Under the pieces are notes generated by a model, which saw only the letters and a program-made list of their open reading frames with translations, was not told the origin of the DNA and did not search any database. From the IMG/VR virus record IMGVR_UViG_3300025127_000055, positions 1 through 52,219 of that record: a stretch of 52,219 nucleotides of DNA; one strand, written 5' to 3'. Position numbers and translations under genes: made by a program. Of this stretch, positions 46,431 through 52,219 are shown one piece after another. Every line of letters begins with the position of its first letter. Position 1 is the first letter of the stretch. The DNA comes from a virus. Its lineage: Duplodnaviria > Caudoviricetes.

Positions 46431-46489
46431 ATTATAATCGGTAGGTTATGAAAATCTACCGATTATGTGACACTAATTGAACTGGTTTA
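46431..46489 (-). promoter_or_regulatory. Early promoter cassette copy 6
   Basis: attata 46431-46436; atcggtagg/tctaccgat 46437-46463; tgtgacac-taattgaa-ctggttta 46466-46489. Confidence 0.85.
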
Positions 46490-46951
46490 TAGGTAGCCCG
46501 CTGTTTCCATTCCAGGCTCATCATAGAACCAACTGAATCCAACTTCGGGAAACATATCCCTTAATTTTTCGCATATCTCTATTGGAGGCCCCCACGCTGT
46601 GTTAAAATTGATTTCAATTTGCTCATCATCATAATCATCTACCTCTACACTTCCATTAATATCCCACTTAGTTCCCCAATTTGAAATGTTCCAATTATAC
46701 CATCTATCGTCATTTCTTCCACTCTTAGGAAATTCCATAGTTACGAATGACACTTCGCCATTTGGCTTTTTAAATTCTTTTCTTACTGGTAACTCCCCAT
46801 CTTCATTTGGTGTATTATTCCAATCTGGACTAGGGATAATCTTACCAAAGACAGTATCCTTAGATTCAAAAATTTCCTGTATTTTTTGAATATCTTGCTC
46901 GTTACCATTCTTTGCGTAAGCGGTAACTCTGTTTTGACACCAATTAGGCAT
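46487..46951 (-). CDS. DUF1281/YubB ferredoxin-like domain protein (154 aa)
   Basis: MPNWCQN, WYNWNISNWGTKWD, FNTAWGPP, YDEPGM signature motifs. Confidence 0.8.
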   Translation of the reverse strand: MPNWCQNRVTAYAKNGNEQDIQKIQEIFESKDTVFGKIIPSPDWNNTPNEDGELPVRKEFKKPNGEVSFVTMEFPKSGRNDDRWYNWNISNWGTKWDINGSVEVDDYDDEQIEINFNTAWGPPIEICEKLRDMFPEVGFSWFYDEPGMETAGYL

Positions 46952-46985
46952 AGTTGAAAAATGAATGAATGTTTGTTATGTTTTA

Positions 46986-47044
46986 ATTATAATCGGTAGG
47001 TTACGAAAATCTACCGATTGTGTGACAGTAATTTAACTGTCTTA
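46986..47044 (-). promoter_or_regulatory. Early promoter cassette copy 7
   Basis: attata 46986-46991; atcggtagg/tctaccgat 46992-47018; tgtgacag-taatttaa-ctgtctta 47021-47044. Confidence 0.85.
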
Positions 47045-47236
47045 AAATGGGTTGCTCCAGTTGTATGCCTGATAATCTGTAACTAGACCATCTTTGTTGA
47101 GACCATCAACATAATCATTAAATGCACATCTTTTGGCAATGCTATCTCCTCTGAAGTTTGGATTAGATTTTAGAAAGTCTGACCAATCCCATCTGAATTG
47201 CTCAACTGCTTGCTTTTTGGTCATTCTGTAGTTCAT
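47042..47236 (-). CDS. Early-region hypothetical protein (64 aa, MNYRMTKKQAVEQFRWDW...WSNPF)
   Basis: Start re-assigned to 47236, downstream of the -10 at 47261. Confidence 0.75.
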   Translation of the reverse strand: MNYRMTKKQAVEQFRWDWSDFLKSNPNFRGDSIAKRCAFNDYVDGLNKDGLVTDYQAYNWSNPF

Positions 47237-47260
47237 AAGAATCCTGTTTGTTATATGGCT

Positions 47261-47318
47261 ATTATAATTGAACAAGATGCTAATTCAATCAAAATTAGAC
47301 ACTAATCAAACTGTCACA
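47261..47318 (-). promoter_or_regulatory. Early promoter cassette copy 8
   Basis: attata 47261-47266; attgaa/ttcaat 47267-47289; ttagacac-taatcaaa-ctgtcaca 47295-47318. Confidence 0.8.
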
Positions 47319-47529
47319 TTGAATCAACTAACTTATCAACACATTCGCTATAATGCTCGTCAGTTATATTTTTCTTCTTATGATAAAATCTTTCATCTAA
47401 CTCAAGATTATAAATTACTGATTTGGTTGCTTCTAATAAATCCTCATCATCAATATCAAAATCCGCAAGTTCGACCAACTCATAAATTTTTTCAAATAGA
47501 TAATTGAATTGAGTATCGTTAGTTCTCAT
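47314..47529 (-). CDS. Early-region acidic hypothetical protein (71 aa)
   Basis: Coupled to the upstream ORF; stop lies within the palindrome arm. Confidence 0.7.
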   Translation of the reverse strand: MRTNDTQFNYLFEKIYELVELADFDIDDEDLLEATKSVIYNLELDERFYHKKKNITDEHYSECVDKLVDSM

Positions 47530-47789
47530 TAGTCTAAATCCCTCTCAGAATCAAATCTTCGATCTTTTTTAAAATCACATTTAATATAATCTTGAATCTC
47601 ATCAACAACTTCGCCAAAATGATCTTCCCAATAGTTTTGTGCTTCATCAATAAATTCTGCATCTGACATTTTTTCATAATATCTGTCAAGATCATCAGTT
47701 ACATACGAAACTAAATCTTTTGTTGACATATTATCAACATATCTCTCAACTAAAAAAGATTTGAGTTCATTAATTAGTGCTTTATCCAT
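47529..47789 (-). CDS. Early-region acidic hypothetical protein (86 aa)
   Basis: TAATG coupling; YVDNMSTKDLVSYV motif. Confidence 0.75.
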   Translation of the reverse strand: MDKALINELKSFLVERYVDNMSTKDLVSYVTDDLDRYYEKMSDAEFIDEAQNYWEDHFGEVVDEIQDYIKCDFKKDRRFDSERDLD

Positions 47790-47962
47790 TAGACTTCTCC
47801 CTCTTCTGGAAACTGTGATAGATACGCATTAGCAAGATGAGACACGAAAAACCACGCACGTTGACCACTCACTCTATTTTCATCACAATAGTGTGATATG
47901 GTATCTTCAACTAATTCAGAGATTTCAACTGCTTGATCTCTCATTTCTTTGATGTCGTCCAT
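47789..47962 (-). CDS. Early-region hypothetical protein (57 aa, MDDIKEMRDQAVEISELVED..CDENRVSGQRAW)
   Basis: Start re-assigned downstream of the -10 box. Confidence 0.7.
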   Translation of the reverse strand: MDDIKEMRDQAVEISELVEDTISHYCDENRVSGQRAWFFVSHLANAYLSQFPEEGEV

Positions 47963-47983
47963 AATAAAAAATCTGCTTACATT

Positions 47984-48045
47984 ATTATAATAGTACCTAT
48001 CCGACACGAATAGGATTTTTATGTGACACTAATCAAACTGTCACG
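47984..48045 (-). promoter_or_regulatory. Early promoter cassette copy 9
   Basis: attata 47984-47989; cctat/atagg 47996-48014; tgtgacac-taatcaaa-ctgtcacg 48022-48045. Confidence 0.8.
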
Positions 48046-48240
48046 TCAACCAAACTTTATCCATTTAATTGGATTACCATTAGTAGCCTTCCATAGGTAA
48101 ACTGCACCTATGGATTCAACTAAATTCTCTCCAGTTTTTTTTGCTTCATCAAAATCAGTAAAATTCCAATAATTTGCATCTTCTGAATAAAAATCAAAAG
48201 TGTCAGTTAAAATCCATTTTTTCATAGTTTTGGTAGCCAT
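48046..48240 (-). CDS. Early-region hypothetical protein (up to 64 aa)
   Basis: ORF track; its stop abuts the palindrome. Confidence 0.7.
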   Translation of the reverse strand: MATKTMKKWILTDTFDFYSEDANYWNFTDFDEAKKTGENLVESIGAVYLWKATNGNPIKWIKFG

Positions 48241-48314
48241 ACTATCATACCTAGAGTTAAAAACAAGGAGCTTACAGGCGATCCTGAGAGGAGCAAAAGT
48301 GTATCAGTGCTATA

Positions 48315-48521
48315 CTATTTGAGTTGAATGTCATAATCAATAGATTTGATGCACCAACCACTAGCTGTAGTGATCTCTTCGATCAAATCTTCCTCATCAT
48401 CAGCCTCCCAAACACCAAGTGCATCATCACGAAGTGCAATTTCATCATCAAATGTTAGTTGATACTCTTCTGATAAACTATCGTTGAGATCAAACTCAAT
48501 TTCTGTTACGTTAAATTTCAT
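48315..48521 (-). CDS. Early-region acidic hypothetical protein (68 aa)
   Basis: VTEIEFD..WEADDEEDLIEEIT..GWCIKSIDY; ATGA coupling. Confidence 0.75.
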   Translation of the reverse strand: MKFNVTEIEFDLNDSLSEEYQLTFDDEIALRDDALGVWEADDEEDLIEEITTASGWCIKSIDYDIQLK

Positions 48522-48706
48522 GATAAACTCTTGTTAAGTACTTTTACATTTCTTTTAAGTGTCTCATCATAGACACGAATTGATAGTTCTCCATCAGCAT
48601 CTACAAAACCATTTCGATCAAGTGCATTGCCAACTATCTTCCAAACTTGATGGACTTCTTCATCAGTTAGCATTGAACCGATACTGTAGTAGTGTGTTCT
48701 TTTCAT
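48518..48706 (-). CDS. Early-region hypothetical protein (62 aa, MKRTHYYSIG...)
   Basis: Start re-assigned downstream of the -10 at 48731. Confidence 0.7.
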   Translation of the reverse strand: MKRTHYYSIGSMLTDEEVHQVWKIVGNALDRNGFVDADGELSIRVYDETLKRNVKVLNKSLS

Positions 48707-48730
48707 TGTGAATGAATTACTTATGTGGCC

Positions 48731-48789
48731 ATTGTAGTAATAAAAAAACAAGGAATCTACAAAAAGTAGACACCTTGTTAACTGTCACG
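48731..48789 (-). promoter_or_regulatory. Early promoter cassette copy 10
   Basis: attgta (TACAAT) 48731-48736; gtagacac-cttgttaa-ctgtcacg 48766-48789; same 35-bp spacing as other copies. Confidence 0.7.
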
Positions 48790-48796
48790 AGAGTTT

Positions 48797-48994
48797 TCAC
48801 TTACTACTCTCCCATCTGTCATAATCTCCTAAGTCCTCAACATACACATCATTGACTTGTTCTTTTCCTTCTAATTGAAGTAAGTTATACCAATTCCAAA
48901 CAAATGGATTTAAACCAACTTTTTCATCTATCATTACATCTAAGGTTACTCTATATCTTGTCAACTTCTTACTTTCTGGGATTGTTTGAGACAT
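48797..48994 (-). CDS. Early-region hypothetical protein (65 aa)
   Basis: GAGGT SD; TRYRVTLDVMID..NP..WNW motif. Confidence 0.75.
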   Translation of the reverse strand: MSQTIPESKKLTRYRVTLDVMIDEKVGLNPFVWNWYNLLQLEGKEQVNDVYVEDLGDYDRWESSK

Positions 48995-49062
48995 GATTAC
49001 CTCGTAAGTGAATTTAGTAGTTTATTGATACAAATATACTCATTCCACACTATATGTAGCAA

Positions 49063-49206
49063 TTAAAACTTTTTAAGCAATTTCTCCGTCTCTGGGTCAA
49101 GTGTCTCTCTCACACCAATCCAGCCATTTTGATTCTGTTCCATTAACGAATCAAGGTACTCATCTTCACTTTTGTATTGAGAGTCATACTCAAACTCAAA
49201 TTCCAT
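49063..49206 (-). CDS. Small acidic hypothetical protein (47 aa, MEFEFEYDSQY...)
   Basis: Start re-assigned to 49206. Confidence 0.65.
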   Translation of the reverse strand: MEFEFEYDSQYKSEDEYLDSLMEQNQNGWIGVRETLDPETEKLLKKF

Positions 49207-49221
49207 AGTTGTTATAATAAA

Positions 49222-49332
49222 GGACGAGAGGAAACAAAACACGACCAACTGCTTAAGTTCTACTTAAAAGCGTTTTCCTCTGGGTATCCACTACCTTGAA
49301 AGTCTTATGTTGGTGGGTTTGTTTCCCCACCA
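49222..49332. ncRNA. Candidate structured RNA / 5' leader with alternative pairings
   Basis: Multiple complementary segments (see findings); ORF-free; immediately downstream of cassette promoter copy 11. Confidence 0.45.
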
Positions 49333-49334
49333 TT

Positions 49335-49394
49335 AATATAAACCATTTCCACGAATAACGCAAGTATGTGTGTGTAACCTAACAAACTGGCACA
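49335..49394 (-). promoter_or_regulatory. Early promoter cassette copy 11 (degenerate)
   Basis: aatata 49335-49340; tgtgtaac-ctaacaaa-ctggcaca 49371-49394. Confidence 0.55.
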
Positions 49395-49404
49395 CTCACT
49401 CATT

Positions 49405-50229
49405 TTATGATATACGATTCTGAATAAGATTATCATAGGATTGATGCAATTCACATCCAATATAATGACGATTCAAAGATTTGGCAACCATAGCAGTAGT
49501 TCCTGATCCGATAAACGGATCAAGTATCGTATCTCCTTCTTCACTTCCTGATAGAATACAAGGTACGATTAACTCCTCTGGATATACTGCAAAATGTGCT
49601 TCTTTGTATGGTTTAGTTCTTATATTCCATACACTTTTTTTTCTTTTTAATCCTTTACCATCTACAGTTAATTCTTTGATGGCATCAACATTAAAATAAT
49701 AATTCTGATTTTTACTTAATAAGAAAACGTACTCATGTGATTTTGTGCATCTATCTCTTACTGATTCTGGCATTGGATTGGGTTTACTCCATATAATATC
49801 TTGACGTAGATACCACCCATCTTTTCTTAATGCAAATGCCAGAAGCCAAGGGATTCCAATAAGGTCTTTCTCTTTATATCCATCTAACTTATTTCCTCTA
49901 CGATTACACTTAGTAGGTAAATCTTGATTGGTTTTAGATACACTTTGTTTAACTAATCCTTGACCTTTTCCTGGTCTATAGTTATAATAACTATCACCAA
50001 TATTCACCCATAATGTTCCATCATCAGTTAGCACCTCCCTGACACTACGAAACACATCAACTAACTGTTCGATATATTTTTCTGGTGTCTCCTCTGCACC
50101 AATCTGATTGTCTTCTCCACCATAGTTACGAAGTCCATAATATGGTGGCGAAGTAACACACATTTTTACTGGTTCAGTTATTGTAGAGATTGTTTTTCTA
50201 CAGTCTCCGAATAGTATTGTATCCTTCAA
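49405..50229 (-). CDS. Beta-class amino DNA methyltransferase (N4-cytosine or N6-adenine; SPPY suggests m4C)
   Basis: Motif IV TSPPY near the N-terminus, motif I DPFIGSGTT near the C-terminus, LRQDIIWSKPNPMPES; TTG start. Confidence 0.93.
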   Translation of the reverse strand: MKDTILFGDCRKTISTITEPVKMCVTSPPYYGLRNYGGEDNQIGAEETPEKYIEQLVDVFRSVREVLTDDGTLWVNIGDSYYNYRPGKGQGLVKQSVSKTNQDLPTKCNRRGNKLDGYKEKDLIGIPWLLAFALRKDGWYLRQDIIWSKPNPMPESVRDRCTKSHEYVFLLSKNQNYYFNVDAIKELTVDGKGLKRKKSVWNIRTKPYKEAHFAVYPEELIVPCILSGSEEGDTILDPFIGSGTTAMVAKSLNRHYIGCELHQSYDNLIQNRIS

Positions 50230-50363
50230 CCTATCAAGTCCTCTAATCCTAAAAACTCTTCCATATAATAGTCACAAGTGACTTCATAATATGCTGATAG
50301 TGCTTCAATATCGTTGGCATCAATACCAACTTTTGCAAATAAATCAAGTGTAGAATCGTGCAT
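50226..50363 (-). CDS. Small acidic hypothetical protein (45 aa, MHDSTLDLFAKVG..YEVTCDYYMEEFL)
   Basis: Read by hand; stop overlaps the MTase start; promoter upstream. Confidence 0.7.
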   Translation of the reverse strand: MHDSTLDLFAKVGIDANDIEALSAYYEVTCDYYMEEFLGLEDLIG

Positions 50364-50385
50364 TGTTTTAAATGATATTGTTTAT

Positions 50386-50413
50386 ATTATAGCATACTGT
50401 GTGCTATGGTCAA
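50386..50413 (-). promoter_or_regulatory. Sigma70-like promoter TTGACC-16-TGcTATAAT driving the small ORF and MTase
   Basis: attata 50386-50391, ggtcaa 50408-50413; inverted repeat atagca/tgctat (50389-50407) overlaps the spacer. Confidence 0.7.
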
Positions 50414-51033
50414 TTTACTAGAAATCTTTTCTCGTAAATAATTAAATCTTTTGGAAAATACAGTACAGTTGATGCTTTTAATGGATTTTGAGTATCTAAT
50501 ACTTTTTTTGCAAGATCAACTGTGAGACCTTTACCATTAGGTAATTCATACAATTCAATACCTAAATGGTCATATTTTTCATCAGTTGGAACTAATACTT
50601 TAGGAAAAGATACTTTTTCTGTAATAGTTAATTGACTTAATTTTTTATTTTCTTTTTTTGTGACTTTAACTATTACTCTCAATCTATTCATATACTCACA
50701 AAAAATGTTAAAATTAGTTCTGTCTCCATTATCTCCTCTAGGGTCAAGATGTTGTGGGCAAAGATATTTTTCTGGAAACTCTAACGGAACTCCGCTTGCA
50801 AACTGTGGGGATAGGTAATGATCTGATACTGGTTTAATACCATTAATTTTATCTTTAAGTGCTTGTTCACTAATTAAATACGAATTAATAGTAGATGCAC
50901 TAAAAATTCTATATCCGTCTCTGCCATGAACCCTATACCAATCAGGGTGGTTAGGGCCCCAAGTGTCTTGCCTGTTTGCCCACCCACTTCTGTAGATTGA
51001 AAGTAAATAATTTTGAACTGGAACTGTTGTCAT
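50410..51033 (-). CDS. Hypothetical protein (207 aa), possibly HNH-like
   Basis: ATGA-coupled to the helicase; SDHYLSP...VTKKENKKL weakly resembles a His-Me finger core. Confidence 0.7.
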   Translation of the reverse strand: MTTVPVQNYLLSIYRSGWANRQDTWGPNHPDWYRVHGRDGYRIFSASTINSYLISEQALKDKINGIKPVSDHYLSPQFASGVPLEFPEKYLCPQHLDPRGDNGDRTNFNIFCEYMNRLRVIVKVTKKENKKLSQLTITEKVSFPKVLVPTDEKYDHLGIELYELPNGKGLTVDLAKKVLDTQNPLKASTVLYFPKDLIIYEKRFLVN

Positions 51034-52196
51034 GATCTTACGATAGAAATAGCTGGTTGCCCATCTGTGAATACGGTATCAACAACTGCCTGTACTTTTT
51101 TAGAAGTGCTGATTCCAACCTTATCATACACTGGAATACATACGATTCCAAACTTCTTGTGACAGTTTCCTAATCGGATTACACGACCAATCGATTGACT
51201 AATACCAATGTAGTCCATTGATCTCAAAAACAATACTGCTTCAAGACCATTGACATTGATACCTTCTGATAGGATACTGTGATGTAAGACTACAAATCTC
51301 TTGTCTGTCTTACCCCAAGCATTGAGAACATCAAAGAACTCTTCTCTGGTTACTTTTTGACCATCAATCACACCACCAGTTTTTGATGTGATATACATGT
51401 AAGAGTAACCTCTCCATGCTAACTCATCAACAAACTTTGAGAGTGCAACTAAATTTACAATTTGCTTTGTTGATCTTGCACATATCAAAACTTTGTTAAC
51501 ATCAACTTCATCAATCGTCTCAATGATATGGTCGCAATCTTTCTCATAACCAAATCGACTATCGTCAGTAACGTCAATCTTTTTGACTACAACTTTAGGT
51601 GGTAAAATATGACCCTCATCAACTAACTTAGGGGCTGGTACATTACAAATGACCTGACCAAAAATGTCACTATCATTCATACCAACTTTCTTAGGTGTCA
51701 AAGAATGTTTTGGTGTAGCAGTAAAGAAGTATGATCTCTGTGCATATATTGAATAATACTCAACTGCTTCGATAAAGTTCTTTTGAACTGAGTTGTGTGC
51801 TTCATCAAAATAGATTGTATCAACATCAATATCTGCTTCCTGTATTCTGTGTAATGAATGATATGTAGTGAATATGATTGTATGCAAGTGTAAAGGATAA
51901 ATACAAAATGTTTTTATCTCTTCTGATTTTGTAGTGCTAGTATGATGTGTCTCTCCTGAGTGAACGTGAAGTACATTAACGTCAGTAATATGCTCAAGAA
52001 AATCTGCTGATAACTGATTTGCAAGTAAGATACGAGGAGCAACCACAACAATAGTTCTTCTGCTATTATTGAATCTGTATTTTGCATCTTCGATCATACA
52101 CATTGTCTTACCACCACCAGTGGGTACAATAATCTGACCTTTATCGCACTGCTGCATAGCAACAAGTGAATCTAACTGATGTGAACGTAATTTCAT
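51030..52196 (-). CDS. Superfamily 2 DEAH helicase (type III restriction Res-like), 388 aa
   Basis: Q-motif LRSHQ, Walker A PTGGGKT, FDEAH, TATP, LSEGINV, QSIGRVIR. Confidence 0.92.
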   Translation of the reverse strand: MKLRSHQLDSLVAMQQCDKGQIIVPTGGGKTMCMIEDAKYRFNNSRRTIVVVAPRILLANQLSADFLEHITDVNVLHVHSGETHHTSTTKSEEIKTFCIYPLHLHTIIFTTYHSLHRIQEADIDVDTIYFDEAHNSVQKNFIEAVEYYSIYAQRSYFFTATPKHSLTPKKVGMNDSDIFGQVICNVPAPKLVDEGHILPPKVVVKKIDVTDDSRFGYEKDCDHIIETIDEVDVNKVLICARSTKQIVNLVALSKFVDELAWRGYSYMYITSKTGGVIDGQKVTREEFFDVLNAWGKTDKRFVVLHHSILSEGINVNGLEAVLFLRSMDYIGISQSIGRVIRLGNCHKKFGIVCIPVYDKVGISTSKKVQAVVDTVFTDGQPAISIVRS

Positions 52197-52219
52197 TAAA
52201 ATCTCATTAATACTATTAG

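Noticed and set aside
43775-49394. Possible CRISPR array
   Set aside because: Repeats are degenerate and separated by 200-750 bp of coding sequence rather than uniform 30-40-bp spacers; no cas genes.

Overview
This is an AT-rich segment of a T4-like cyanomyovirus genome (Kyanoviridae-like, probably a Prochlorococcus/Synechococcus phage). Essentially all genes lie on the minus strand. Positions 1-38.4 kb are the late morphogenesis block. In reading order it runs gp25, gp6, gp7 (3719 aa), gp8, a VrlC-like 2458-aa protein, small fibre/adaptor genes, gp13, gp14, gp15, gp16, a basic candidate internal protein, gp17, gp18, gp19, gp20, gp21 and a truncated gp22, with several T4-type late promoters (TATAAATA). 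Positions 38.5-41.5 kb hold conserved small cyanophage ORFs and a GT-A-like glycosyltransferase. Positions 41.5-42.3 kb are a largely non-coding control region. It has back-to-back sigma70 promoters, a convergent late promoter, strand-biased TATAAG repeats and an unannotated 39-aa hydrophobic ORF. Positions 42.3-49.4 kb are an early-gene island of about 30 tiny ORFs punctuated by 11 copies of a modular element: an 8-8-8 palindrome, a variable hairpin with compensatory changes, and a -10 box. A solo HicA-like gene there is flanked by an 11-bp direct repeat that overlaps a palindrome arm. Positions 49.4-52.2 kb encode a beta-class DNA methyltransferase, a possible HNH-like protein and an SF2 helicase. 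The most notable candidates are (i) the promoter-cassette array as a possible gene-shuffling system, (ii) the 41.5-42.3 kb region as a type I toxin-antitoxin-like locus or replication origin, (iii) a G-[IVL]-[GST]-[ST] peptide motif spread through most tail/neck/baseplate proteins near a glycosyltransferase, and (iv) a possibly bistable structured RNA at 49.2-49.3 kb. All gene calls come from recognising sequence motifs and synteny; no database searches were run.
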